NCBI GenBank assembly: GCA_044225365.1
Contig: JBGAIQ010000051.1
Coordinates: 1-39,901 of the forward strand
From: Planctomycetota bacterium
GTDB lineage: Bacteria; Planctomycetota; B15-G4; JADJEK01
Direction: 5' to 3'
DNA: 39,901 nt
Positions 27,648-37,934 of the stretch are shown in pieces. Made by a program: the position numbers and the translations under genes. Each line of letters opens with the position of its first letter. Positions within the stretch are counted from its first letter, which is position 1. The notes under the pieces were generated by a model, which was not told where the DNA came from, did no database searches, and saw only the letters and a program-made list of their open reading frames with translations.

Positions 27648-29700
27648 ATTCCCGCCAGCGTTGCTGCACTCGTTCCAGGGTCTGTTCGTCGTGCGCGAGG
27701 AGCGGCGGCCAGTCGCGCACCGGCGCGCCCGGCCGCGACTCCGCGGGCGATTTGCGAGTCGCGTCGATCCCGAGTCGCGCGCCGGCGACGATGCGATCGC
27801 GCGATGGATCGAAGTTGGCGCACACATGGAACCATGCCTGATCGAAATCGCGAAGCGGTACGCCCGGCGAGAACGCGACGACGAGATCGAACTCGATCTC
27901 GCCGCCGATCGCGAACGCTGCCTCGACCGCCGCGAGCACGGCGTCGCCCGCCACGGCTCGCCTTCGCGCCGCGACGGCGTTGTCGGGCTTCTCCACGGTC
28001 AAGAAGAGCATCCGGCCGAGTCCATAGTCGGGAACGTGGAGATCGCGGATCCCGTTGCGACCGACCAATCGATCCGTGAGCACGTCGACGGCTTCCTGCG
28101 TCGTCTCGCGGATCGAGAGCGGCGCGATGTCGAACCCGCCCGTCGCTTCGCCGTCGATCTTGCGCGTCGCATCGAACCCGATCTTGCCGCCCGCCCCGAG
28201 ATAGGGCGCCGCGTGGTCGAGGATGTCGAGCGGCCCGCGTACGACCTCGAGATCGCGTCCGAAATGGCAGTTCCTGGCGATCGCGTTCATGACGGCGATC
28301 TCATCGTGGACGTTCACGTCCTCGTCGACGACCACGATCCACTTGGTCCACGCCATCTGGCCCGCGCCCCAGATCGAATGCATCACTCGCCGCGCCTGCA
28401 GGGGATAGGCCTTGTGGATCTGGATGAATGCGCAGTTGTGGAAGCAGCCGAAGAGCGGCAGGTGATAGTCGACGATGTCGTGGACGATCGTCTTGAGCAA
28501 CGGAAGGAACACGCGCTCGGTCGCCTTGCCGAGGTAGTAGTCCTCCTGCGGCGGAAGGCCCACGATCGTCGTCGGGTACACGGCGTTCTTGCGCATCGTG
28601 ATCGCCGTCACCTCGACGATCGGATAGCGGTCGGGCAGCGAATAGAAGCCCGTGTGATCCCCGAACGGCCCTTCGAAGGCGGCGCCCTCGCCGAGTTCGG
28701 CGCCGGGCTCCGGTTGGAATCCGATGCCGCCGCACTCCGTCGAGACGAACCCTTCGATCACGATCTCGCTGTGGGCCGGAACGCGCAGCGGGACGGTCTT
28801 CGCGGGGACGAGATCGATTCCGCGCCCGTTCAGGAATCCCGCCATGAGGAGTTCGCTGATGCCGGGCGGCAACGGCGCGGTCGCCGCATAGGGCAGCACG
28901 GACTCGCCGCCGAGGCAGATCGCGATCGGCATCTTCTTCCCGATCGCTTTCCAACTGCGCCAATGCGAAGCGCCGTCGTGATGCATGTGCCAATGCATGA
29001 CGAGATGCGTCGCGTCGACGACCTGCGCGCGGTACATGCCGATATTGTGCGACGACGGTTTCTCCTTGCCGGCATCCCGCGCGTGAATCGTGTGGATGCC
29101 CGCGAACGTGATGTAGCGCCCACCGCCACCTGCCGTACGCGACTCCTCCGGCGACATGCCGTAGCCAACGGCGCGCGGGTCGCCGTCGAAGGGCCAGCAC
29201 TTCAGGATCGGCAACCGCAGGAGATCGACCTCTCCCTGGCTCGTGAGGCGCACGATCTCCTGGCACCTACCGGAGCGCTTCGTCTTCGGCGGAACCTTGA
29301 GGAGCGGGAGGAACTCGCGCGCCTTGTCGAGGAGGGAGGACAGCGAGGTCGGCGGCTCGGGCTTGGTGAGCGACGCGAGCCGTTTCGCGATCGCCTCGAG
29401 CCCGCCCTTGTCCTCGACGCCGAGCGCCAATTCGATCCGGCGATACGAGCCGAAGAGGTTGATGGCGAGGGGGATCTCACTGCCTTCGACGTTCTCGAAG
29501 AGGAGCGCTTTGCCGCCGAGGTGGCCATGCAGGGGATCGAACTCCTTGGCGTTGCGACTCGGCTTTCCGCAGGCGGCCTTCGAAACGAGATCGGCGATGG
29601 TCGCGATCTCGAGGATCGGCGACACCTTGGCCTTGACGCGAACGAGCTCGCCCTCGCGTTCGAGAACGGTAATGAAGGACTGTAGGTCTCTGGCGGTCAT
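27628..29700 (-). CDS. ubiD: UbiD-family prFMN-dependent decarboxylase (MqnL-like, long form)
   Basis: KALLFENV, NIGMYR, EGPFGDHTGFY, PPQED, VVVDEDVN, GPLDILDHA, KIGFDATRK. Confidence 0.9.
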   Translation of the reverse strand: MTARDLQSFITVLEREGELVRVKAKVSPILEIATIADLVSKAACGKPSRNAKEFDPLHGHLGGKALLFENVEGSEIPLAINLFGSYRRIELALGVEDKGGLEAIAKRLASLTKPEPPTSLSSLLDKAREFLPLLKVPPKTKRSGRCQEIVRLTSQGEVDLLRLPILKCWPFDGDPRAVGYGMSPEESRTAGGGGRYITFAGIHTIHARDAGKEKPSSHNIGMYRAQVVDATHLVMHWHMHHDGASHWRSWKAIGKKMPIAICLGGESVLPYAATAPLPPGISELLMAGFLNGRGIDLVPAKTVPLRVPAHSEIVIEGFVSTECGGIGFQPEPGAELGEGAAFEGPFGDHTGFYSLPDRYPIVEVTAITMRKNAVYPTTIVGLPPQEDYYLGKATERVFLPLLKTIVHDIVDYHLPLFGCFHNCAFIQIHKAYPLQARRVMHSIWGAGQMAWTKWIVVVDEDVNVHDEIAVMNAIARNCHFGRDLEVVRGPLDILDHAAPYLGAGGKIGFDATRKIDGEATGGFDIAPLSIRETTQEAVDVLTDRLVGRNGIRDLHVPDYGLGRMLFLTVEKPDNAVAARRRAVAGDAVLAAVEAAFAIGGEIEFDLVVAFSPGVPLRDFDQAWFHVCANFDPSRDRIVAGARLGIDATRKSPAESRPGAPVRDWPPLLAHDEQTLERVQQRWREYGLQGS

Positions 29701-29838
29701 GGAGACGGGTCACTCTAAAAAGAACCACAGACCGCCGGTAGGAATTCGCGGAACCGGGTAACGATCGACTTCGCCCCCACGGACAGCGGGAACGCTCGCT
29801 TGCGCATTCCCGCACGCACTCACGGGGATCGATCCGGA

Positions 29839-30035
29839 GTTTGCCACGGAGGTTCACGGAGGTAAGAGGAGGACCACGGAGGTCAGGAAGTAGGAAAGGG
29901 GGCCGGCTCGGCGGTCCTCACGAATGCGGGCGCCAAGGAGATCGCAGCGCGGGCAAAGGACGGCCCCTTTGAAAGATCCATTCTTCTCCGGCCTCCGTGG
30001 TCCTCCTCTGACCTCCGTGGCCCTCCGTGGGAAAC
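29839..30035. repeat. ~200-bp inverted-repeat element built from CACGGAGG units (REP/MITE-like)
   Basis: Left arm GTTTGCCACGGAGGTTCACGGAGGTAAGAGGAGGACCACGGAGG; reverse complement of the right arm GTTTCCCACGGAGGGCCACGGAGGTCAGAGGAGGACCACGGAGG. Inner AAAGGGGGCC/GGCCCCTTT pair. Confidence 0.85.
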
Positions 30036-30106
30036 AACCAACTTTGCCCTCACGGACATCTAGCTTCGACATTCCCGCGCCCCGTCGCGGAGAACGATCG
30101 AATCGA

Positions 30107-33100
30107 TCAGGGCGATGCGTCGCTCGCGAGCTTCTCCACGGCGATTCGCTTCGCGGCGCGCAGGTCCACTTTGCCCGTGCCGAGCACCGGGATCGCCTCG
30201 ACCTTCACGAAGGAATCGCGGCGTGGGATGAAGAGATTCGGGAGGCCCATCTGCGCGAGCTTTTCGAGCAGCTCGGGGACGCGGCCCGGGTCGAGCGTCG
30301 TCAGCACGGCGAGTCGCTCTCCCTTCTTCGCGTCGCCGATCGCTGTCACGACGAACGACGGCTGGGTGAGGCCCCCGGCCGTTTGGAGGGCCTCCTCCAC
30401 CTTTCCGTGCGGCACCATCTCGCCGCCGATCTTCGAGAAGCGGGACAAACGATCCGTGATGCGAATGAACCCGTCCTCGCCGATCGCGGCGATGTCGCCC
30501 GTCACGTACCAGCCGTCGCGGATCGCCTGCGCGGTCAGATCGTCGCGACCGAGGTAGCCCTTCATCACGTTTGGCCCGCGCACGAGCAGCAATCCGGGCG
30601 TGTCGAACGGCAGTTCGTTCTGCGCGCCGGTCGCCTCGAACGCATCGGGGTCGATCACCTTCGCCGTCATGCACGGGATCGGCGGCCCGACGAAACCTCG
30701 CCGCGAACCGGCCTGGTAGAACCCCGCCGCCCGGTACGGCGGTACCGACGCGGCGACGACCGGCGCGCACTCGGTCGCCCCGTAGCCTTCGAGCGGTCGA
30801 ATCCCGAAGTTCTCGGCGAAAGCGTCCGCGATGCGATCGGTCAGCTTCTCCGCGCCCGCCATCACGATGCGCAGGCTCCCGAACTGCTCCGGCGTGCATC
30901 GCCGCAGGTACAGCGAGAGGAACGTCGGCGTCGCGAGCAACAGCGTGACCCGATAGTCGAGGACGAGCATTCCGACCGCTTCGGCGTCGAGCGGGCTGTT
31001 GTGACACACGAGCGGCATTCCGCGCAATTGCGAGAACCAGAGCACCATCGTCCCGAACGAGTGAAACAGCGGCAGGACGCCGAGGATTCGATCCTCGCTC
31101 GCGGGGCGGAAGACCTGCGCCACGGCTTCGATGTCGCTGTCGATATTGAAGTGCGTGAGCATCACGCCCTTCGGCTCGCCCGTGCTCCCGCTGCTGAAGA
31201 TGATCGTGAAGACGTCGTCGACGCCGACCGTGCGTTGCGCCCCCGCGTAGCGCTCGACGACGCGCGCCGGTGCGAGCCACGCAACGAACGCCGCCCCGAA
31301 TCGCTGCAGGCTCGTGACGCTCGCCATCACGTCTTCGAGGTAGACGGGCTGCACTCCAGGCGGCAGTTCAACCTTCGCCTTCTCGAGGAAGAGCCTGCTC
31401 GTGAGCACGGTCTGGAGACCGGATTGCTTCGCCGCGGACTCCATCCCGGCCTTGCCCGCCGTGTAGTTGAGGTTCACCGCGACGCGAGCCGAGAGTGCTG
31501 CCGCGAGATTGACCAGCACTCCCGGAACCGAAGGCGGCAACAGGATGCCCACGCGCTCCTGAGCGAACCACGCGGTTCGCAGCGCGCGCGCGAGCGCGAC
31601 CGCGGCGCCCGCCGTGCGCAGGCGCGAGAGGTCCCGGCGTTCGGAATCGGTGAGGCAGAGCGAGAACGGTCGCCGGCGCACGCGCTTCAGGAACGCGCGA
31701 TGCAGAGGAAGCGCGTCCGCCTTGCGTTCGAACCACGCTTGACTCGCAAGTTCCACGACGGCGCGGCGCACCTCGGCGACGGGCGTCTCCTGCGGGAGCG
31801 GCCTCCCGAACGTGATCGTCACGGGATAGCGGATCTTCTCCGGCAGCTTTTTGCCGAAGCGCCCACCCGAGAACGAGAAGATGCTCCCCCACACGCGATC
31901 GAGATGCACCGGGATGATCGGCGCATTGCGCCCTTTCACGATCCGTTCGAGACCGCGCCGGAACGGCAGGATTGCGCCCGTTCGCGTGATCTGACCTTCG
32001 GGGAAGATGCACACGATCTCGCCCTGGTCGAGTCCTTCACCGGCATCCTTCAACGCCCGCAGGATCTGGCGCGGCCCGCCGGTCTGCGACACGGGGATCG
32101 CCCCGAGCAGCTTCATGAACGGTTTGCTGGCCTTGCGCTCGTATTGCGCGCGATCGACGATAAAGCGGATCGGACGGTCGATCGCGACCGAGAGCAGGAT
32201 GCCGTCGATGAACGACACGTGGTTCGGCGCGAGCAATGCCCCGCCCTTGCTCGGCACGTTCTTCGCACCGACGACCTTCACGCGATAGGTCGAGTGGATG
32301 ACCACGAGCAGGATGCCGCGCAGCAGCGCGATCGGCATCGCCTTGACGGCGAGCGCCGTCCCGAGGAGCGTGAATACGGACGCGCCGCACACGATCCCGC
32401 GCGCCGTCACGCCGAGCAGGGCGAGCCAGTAGCCGAGCAACGAACCGACGAGCATCCCGGAGAACGCGAGCGTGTTCGACAGCGAGATCACCGCGCCACG
32501 ATGCTGCTCCGGCGCGCGCCATTGCTGAAGGGAGTTCAGCGGCACGACGATGAACCCGGATGCGATCCCGAGCAGGAGCAGCAAGACGCACGTGCCGACG
32601 ATCCCCGGCGCGACGATGCCGAGGGCGAGCGTGAGCAGCGATAGGAACGTGGCCCCGAGCGGCACGAATCCCATCTCGACGCGATTGCCCGCGGCCCGCC
32701 CGGCGAGCTCGGATCCGAGCCCGACTCCGATGCCGAACATCCCGAGCGGGATGCCGATCGTGCTCTCGGAGAGCTTCAAGTAAGTCTTGCCGTAGACCAC
32801 GAGGTCCTGACCGAGAAGGCTCGCGACCGACCAGAACCACGCCTGGCCGATGATCGAGAGCTGGAGGAGTCGATCGCCCTTGACGGCCTCCTTCGCGCCC
32901 TTGAATCCGACGAGGAATCCGCCGGTGAGTCGCGCGGGCTCGGTGCGTTCGATCCGTTTCGCGAACGCAGTGCCGAGCAGCGCGAAGCCGACGAGAATCA
33001 CACCGGCAATGCCTGGCACGTTCGGCGCGAGCGAGAGGAGCTGCGTCCCGAACACGGTGCCTGCGATGATCGCGACGAACGTCGCGAGTTCGAGCCGGCC

Positions 33101-33550
33101 ATTCGCGCGCGACAGATCGGTGTGCGGCACGATCTCGGGGAGGATGCCGTACTTCGCGGGACTGAAGATCGCGCTCATCACGCCCATGAGCGACAGCACG
33201 GCGAACGGCATCCATCCGCCCCGCGGCTCGAGGAAGAGCGCGATCGTGCCGGCGATCATGAGAACGAGTTCGAAGACCTTGGTCTTGAACAGCAGCTCGT
33301 TCTTGCGACAGCGATCGGCGAGCCCGCCGGCCGGCAGCGAGAAGACGGCGAGCGGAAGCGTCAGCGCGACGAACGCGAACATCGACTGGCGCTGCGTCTC
33401 GAGCTCCGCTCCGGGAGTCCCCTGCGCAATCGCCCGCGTCGCGAGGGCGATCACGATCATCTTCCAAGCATTGTCGTTGAACGCGCCGAAGGCCTGCGCG
33501 ATCTGGAGGGAACGAAGCGAACGGAGATAACGGGGCTGCTCTTCCGACAT
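30107..33550 (-). CDS. aas: Trifunctional MFS lysophospholipid transporter / acyltransferase / acyl-ACP synthetase
   Basis: QAFGAFNDN and FSPAKYGILPE (LplT-like MFS); NHVSFID and FPEG (PlsC); FSSGSTGEPKG, EGYGATE, WYVTGD, RFSKIGGE (AMP-binding). Start at ATG 33550. Confidence 0.92.
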   Translation of the reverse strand: MSEEQPRYLRSLRSLQIAQAFGAFNDNAWKMIVIALATRAIAQGTPGAELETQRQSMFAFVALTLPLAVFSLPAGGLADRCRKNELLFKTKVFELVLMIAGTIALFLEPRGGWMPFAVLSLMGVMSAIFSPAKYGILPEIVPHTDLSRANGRLELATFVAIIAGTVFGTQLLSLAPNVPGIAGVILVGFALLGTAFAKRIERTEPARLTGGFLVGFKGAKEAVKGDRLLQLSIIGQAWFWSVASLLGQDLVVYGKTYLKLSESTIGIPLGMFGIGVGLGSELAGRAAGNRVEMGFVPLGATFLSLLTLALGIVAPGIVGTCVLLLLLGIASGFIVVPLNSLQQWRAPEQHRGAVISLSNTLAFSGMLVGSLLGYWLALLGVTARGIVCGASVFTLLGTALAVKAMPIALLRGILLVVIHSTYRVKVVGAKNVPSKGGALLAPNHVSFIDGILLSVAIDRPIRFIVDRAQYERKASKPFMKLLGAIPVSQTGGPRQILRALKDAGEGLDQGEIVCIFPEGQITRTGAILPFRRGLERIVKGRNAPIIPVHLDRVWGSIFSFSGGRFGKKLPEKIRYPVTITFGRPLPQETPVAEVRRAVVELASQAWFERKADALPLHRAFLKRVRRRPFSLCLTDSERRDLSRLRTAGAAVALARALRTAWFAQERVGILLPPSVPGVLVNLAAALSARVAVNLNYTAGKAGMESAAKQSGLQTVLTSRLFLEKAKVELPPGVQPVYLEDVMASVTSLQRFGAAFVAWLAPARVVERYAGAQRTVGVDDVFTIIFSSGSTGEPKGVMLTHFNIDSDIEAVAQVFRPASEDRILGVLPLFHSFGTMVLWFSQLRGMPLVCHNSPLDAEAVGMLVLDYRVTLLLATPTFLSLYLRRCTPEQFGSLRIVMAGAEKLTDRIADAFAENFGIRPLEGYGATECAPVVAASVPPYRAAGFYQAGSRRGFVGPPIPCMTAKVIDPDAFEATGAQNELPFDTPGLLLVRGPNVMKGYLGRDDLTAQAIRDGWYVTGDIAAIGEDGFIRITDRLSRFSKIGGEMVPHGKVEEALQTAGGLTQPSFVVTAIGDAKKGERLAVLTTLDPGRVPELLEKLAQMGLPNLFIPRRDSFVKVEAIPVLGTGKVDLRAAKRIAVEKLASDASP

Positions 33551-33667
33551 GGCTCGGCGACAGCGTACCCACCTGTTCTCGCGAGAGAAGAACTGTCTAC
33601 GCCGTCCGCGTGCAAGTAGGATCGAGGCGTCCTTCGTTCGGTGTTCGGGGTCGGAGTCTGGCACGCG

Positions 33668-36600
33668 ATGGAGAACCCACTGGGAGCCGCCGCCGGCGAG
33701 TTCGCGCACCTCTCGCGCGGGCTCGATGCCGCCTGGGACGAGGCCCGATCCGGCGGTCTTCCCGATGCGATCGCCGGCCCCCTCCGCATCGCAACCGACG
33801 CGACGCGGCGCATCGAAATCGCGGCGACGAGCCTCGTCGCCGACGACCGAGCGATGGCGCTCGAACGCTGCGCCTACGCGATCGATCGACTCGACGAGCG
33901 GGCACGCGAAGTCCTCAACGATCAACGACTGGACGACGCGATCGTCGCCCGCGGATTCGCGCTCCTGAAGGCCGAGGCCCGGCTCCTCCGCCGCGTCACG
34001 CGAGCGATCGAAGGGCTCGCCCCCCTCGATGAGAACGCGCTCCGGATCCTCGAACTGCAGGACGCCGAGAATGCACTCCGCGGGCGGCCCGAGCAGGAGC
34101 CACGCCTCGCGCGCCAGAACGGCATCTCCGGAGAGATATCGAGCGCTTCCACCGCGTCCGCGACGTCGCAGTACGCGCATTCCCTCGCTTCGATCACCGC
34201 GGATCTGCGCGAAGGTCGGCGCGAACTCCTGCGTCGCCAGGCGATGCGCCGCATCGAGGCCGCCGCGTCGATCGGCGCATCCTCGCCGCTCACCGACGAA
34301 ACGGCAACCGCGGCGTTCGACGTGTATCGAGCCCTCGACGCGGCGCATCGCGATCTCGCGACGCGCAAGGACGAATTCGTCGGCGCCGCCGCCTCCGATC
34401 GCGAGAAGATCCTCGAGACGATCGAGTCCGAACGCGCGCGCATCGAGCGGGAGTTCTTCGCATTCGCGGAGCGCGTGAACTCGCCCGCCGGGCTCGACGT
34501 ACTGCGCCGCGCGGCGCGCTCGCTCGAGCACGAACTCGACGAAGCGCGCATGATCGGCCTCGAACCCGCGACCGAGCCACGAGTCGCGCGTCTCCGTCAT
34601 CTCCAACTCGTCGCCGAACGATTCCTCAAGACCTGCCGGGCAGCGTTGAAACAGAAGAACGCGCCGCTGACCGAAGAACTCGTCCGACTCGAGGCGATGC
34701 TGAAGCGCGTTCGCCATGTCGTCGCCGACCGCGTGCTCGAACTCCGTCTCGAACGCATCTTCGGGAAGAAGACCGTCCGCCGCTGGGACAGCCTCGTCTT
34801 CTGGCTCATCCTCTCCGTCCTGCTCCTGCTCATGATCGATCACTTCCGCGATCCGGATGGACCGGGAGTGATCTACTGGACGACGTGGGCCGACACCGCG
34901 ATCTGTGGTGTGTTGCTCCTCGACTTCTTCACGCGGATGGTGGTCTCACCGAACCCGCCTCGTTACGTGCAACGCCACTTCCTCACCGAGCTGATTCCCG
35001 CGCTGCCCTTCGGGCTCCTCGCCAACCTCGAAACGCTCCACGCCGTTCCGACGATCGGCACCGTCCACGTCATCGAGATCCTCACGTTCCTGCAGGCGCT
35101 GCGACCGCTCATCCGCATCGGCCGCCTGTTTCTGTTCGTGTCGCGCGCGACCGATCGAATCGTCGAGCAGAACGCGTGGCTCCTGAATCAGAACATCGTT
35201 TTCTTCACCGACGCGACGAGCGAGAACGACACGCCGACGCTCGTGAAGCGGACCCGCGAACTCGAGAACTTCATCTCGCGACAGGGCGTCGCGGCGTGCG
35301 CCTTGCTGCCGAAGTCCGAACTCGTCCACGCGGCAAGGCTGCGCCTCCTCAGTGTCGCCGCCGAGAGCGGGAGCGACCGCTGCGAGGAACCCACGGCCGC
35401 CTCGCGCGCGACGGTGTCGGTGCTCGACGTCGAGCCGAACCACCTCGATGTCGACGACGTCATCGGGCTCCTGCGCGACCTCGACGCGAGTCAGGTCGCG
35501 GAGTACGTCGGCGTCGACGTCGCGCAACAGATCACCGATTCGATGCGACTGTTCCGCCTGCCGTGGCTGCGCAAGATGCCGGTGATTCGATTCGTGTTCA
35601 ACGATACCCGCGTCCCGGATCCGCTCGCGACGACGGCGCGACTCGGGCGCGTCTGCGGCGACGTGCTCGACTACGCCCAGCGGGCCGTCCTCTGGTTCGC
35701 CGACCTCTACGGCACGATCACGCCGTCGCAGTTCCTCGACCGCATCGGCGCTCAGATCGTGAAGGCGACGGCGCGACCCGCACGGCGACTGCTGCTCTTC
35801 GGAGCGATCGTCGGGCTCGTGATGGCGCTCGTGCGCATCACGCGATTCGAGTTCCTCGACCGAGCGGCCGGGTTCTTCATCCGATTCCTGTCGTTGCCCG
35901 TGCTCGTGCTCGGCGTCCTCTGCGCGCTGCCGCTCGCGCTCGGCACCTGGTTCCGGAGGATCGCGCGGCAGGCCGCGGATTTCTACGATCGCGTCGCCGA
36001 GGCGCAGTTCCTCAGCCTCACGGAGATCCTCAAGGAGGAGACCCGGGACGACGATCTCGCCTACCTCGCCGATCGAGTGGTGGTCCCCGAAGCGAAACTC
36101 GCAGGGGCGACGGCGGAGGCGGCACGCGATCTCGCTCTCGATTTCGCCCGTCGCGGTTCCGGCCTCGCCGATGGCCGCGGGTTCTCCCTTTCGTTCGAGC
36201 CGACGCGTTTCGACATCGCGCTGCTCTTCTATCGCGACTTCCTCGACGGCGCGTACTTCCACAAGAACGACACCAAGGTCGCAAACCTCCTGCTCGGCAA
36301 TCTGACGCTCGAGAACATCCGTCAGAATCGACTGCGGTTCAAGAAGCACGACTGGAAGCGCCTCGACCGGATCGACATCGCGCGCGGCAAGGGCGGAGTC
36401 GCCGGCGCGTCGGTCTGGTTCTCCTGCATTACGCACAGCGTCGCTCAGAACGTGGCGCGACTCATCCTCGAATACAACCGTCAGTGCATCCCGCTCACCG
36501 ATCTTCCCTCGGCGACGAACAGCGAGCGCGAGCGGTTCGAGCATTGGCTCGACGATCGCGAACGCCAGTCGAAGGCCCTCGCGCGCGGCGAAGCGGTGTT

Positions 36601-37831
36601 GCCGACCGATTCGACTTCCGGGATCGTCGAAGGCGCCCTTGCCTATCGCACGACGGAATTCAACGCGCTCCACTTCCTCTCGGCCAATCCGCGGCGCGAC
36701 GAGGCCGTGCGACGCCGCTACGGCGCCCGCGTTCTGCGCTACGTTCGCGAGGACCGCGAGAACCTCGTGCGCGTGATCTTCGGGACGTTCCCGATGCGCG
36801 ACCTGCCGCGCGAACGCCGGACCTTCAACCCGTACGAGATCTATCGCCGCTACTTCGCGAACGGCATGCTCTACCTGTTTCCGCTGCGAGCGCTCGCCTT
36901 ACTGTTCGCCGGACTGAAGACGCTGACGCGCGAGGTCATCCGCATCGTTCGCGAGGTTCGAAAGCCGGAGTCGCGCACCACTCCGCGCCAGAGCGGTCAC
37001 GCGTCGTTCGACGTGGCGAGACGCAAGATCCATCGCATGCGCCGGCCGATCGCCATGGAGGCGTTGCGTCTGCGCGCGGAGTTCGACCCCGAGTACCTCG
37101 GACTCGCTCTCCCCGACCGTCCGTCGCTCGTGCCGCACGATCAGCAGTTCGGCGAGGACCTGCGCACGCTCAACGCGACCGAGCGCGAGTGGGAGCAGTT
37201 CCGGCGCTTGAAATCGTCTCGGCAGGAGGATCTGCGTCGACTCGCGCAACTGCTGCGCATCGCGGAGCGGCGCGGCAAGGAAGCGCCCTTCCTGCACGAA
37301 GATCCCGCGCGCGCCGGCGAAGCGGCTCGAGCCGTGGCGATCGCCTGGATCTGCGATCACGAGAACGCCGCGTCGCGCATCGCGGCGCACGGCAAGCTCT
37401 CCGAACTCCTGCACCGTCTCGAGCGCGAGAAACCGCCGCGCCATCGACTGCCGCGCTACTACCTCGGACGCGGACGGGTGAAGGCCCTCGTCGACAAGGC
37501 GTGGCCGCAGCTCGTGCAGCACGGCGCGACGGCCTCCGACGACGGACTCCGCGAGCGCTTCGTCCGCGCGCTCCTGACGACCGACGTGCAATTGCGTGAC
37601 GAACTCGAGACGCTCGCGGCGCGCGATCACGAAGGCGACATCTTCGACGAGGCCTACGCGATGCTGCAACGCGTCGCCACGCAGCCGTCGGCGTTCACCG
37701 AGCAGATCATCGCCGTGCGCGCAGTGCATGCTCTCGCGATGCTCGATCTGTCCGGTTACGAGCGTCAGGTCGAGGGACTCGGTGGCTACTTCGGCGCCGA
37801 TGCCGAGATGGACTCGGAGACCGCGGCCTGA
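33668..37831 (+). CDS. Large hypothetical membrane protein with an ion-transport S1-S4 (voltage-sensor-like) module
   Basis: ~1390-aa ORF with protein-like composition. TM cluster WDSLVFWLILSVLLLL / WADTAICGVLLLDFFTR / FLTELIPALPF / LRPLIRIGRLFLF, plus two to three later TM helices. Confidence 0.75.
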   Translation: MENPLGAAAGEFAHLSRGLDAAWDEARSGGLPDAIAGPLRIATDATRRIEIAATSLVADDRAMALERCAYAIDRLDERAREVLNDQRLDDAIVARGFALLKAEARLLRRVTRAIEGLAPLDENALRILELQDAENALRGRPEQEPRLARQNGISGEISSASTASATSQYAHSLASITADLREGRRELLRRQAMRRIEAAASIGASSPLTDETATAAFDVYRALDAAHRDLATRKDEFVGAAASDREKILETIESERARIEREFFAFAERVNSPAGLDVLRRAARSLEHELDEARMIGLEPATEPRVARLRHLQLVAERFLKTCRAALKQKNAPLTEELVRLEAMLKRVRHVVADRVLELRLERIFGKKTVRRWDSLVFWLILSVLLLLMIDHFRDPDGPGVIYWTTWADTAICGVLLLDFFTRMVVSPNPPRYVQRHFLTELIPALPFGLLANLETLHAVPTIGTVHVIEILTFLQALRPLIRIGRLFLFVSRATDRIVEQNAWLLNQNIVFFTDATSENDTPTLVKRTRELENFISRQGVAACALLPKSELVHAARLRLLSVAAESGSDRCEEPTAASRATVSVLDVEPNHLDVDDVIGLLRDLDASQVAEYVGVDVAQQITDSMRLFRLPWLRKMPVIRFVFNDTRVPDPLATTARLGRVCGDVLDYAQRAVLWFADLYGTITPSQFLDRIGAQIVKATARPARRLLLFGAIVGLVMALVRITRFEFLDRAAGFFIRFLSLPVLVLGVLCALPLALGTWFRRIARQAADFYDRVAEAQFLSLTEILKEETRDDDLAYLADRVVVPEAKLAGATAEAARDLALDFARRGSGLADGRGFSLSFEPTRFDIALLFYRDFLDGAYFHKNDTKVANLLLGNLTLENIRQNRLRFKKHDWKRLDRIDIARGKGGVAGASVWFSCITHSVAQNVARLILEYNRQCIPLTDLPSATNSERERFEHWLDDRERQSKALARGEAVLPTDSTSGIVEGALAYRTTEFNALHFLSANPRRDEAVRRRYGARVLRYVREDRENLVRVIFGTFPMRDLPRERRTFNPYEIYRRYFANGMLYLFPLRALALLFAGLKTLTREVIRIVREVRKPESRTTPRQSGHASFDVARRKIHRMRRPIAMEALRLRAEFDPEYLGLALPDRPSLVPHDQQFGEDLRTLNATEREWEQFRRLKSSRQEDLRRLAQLLRIAERRGKEAPFLHEDPARAGEAARAVAIAWICDHENAASRIAAHGKLSELLHRLEREKPPRHRLPRYYLGRGRVKALVDKAWPQLVQHGATASDDGLRERFVRALLTTDVQLRDELETLAARDHEGDIFDEAYAMLQRVATQPSAFTEQIIAVRAVHALAMLDLSGYERQVEGLGGYFGADAEMDSETAA

Positions 37832-37934
37832 AGCTGCCTCGATCTTCCGAGCGACGGTAGGATCGAAGCCGCCGTTTGGGCGGGTGCCCCTGGCCCCGCG
37901 ATTTTTTCGCCGCGACTCCGTAGGATCCCGCGCC

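Noticed and set aside
29839-30035. SRP RNA, 6S RNA or an autonomous IS
   Set aside because: It lacks the SRP domain IV motif, its arms are made of short internal repeats unlike 6S, and there is no transposase or clear target-site duplication.
33551-34843. 431-aa N-terminal extension of Aas
   Set aside because: It is antisense to the 33668..37831 gene, and Aas homology begins at MSEEQPRY (33550).
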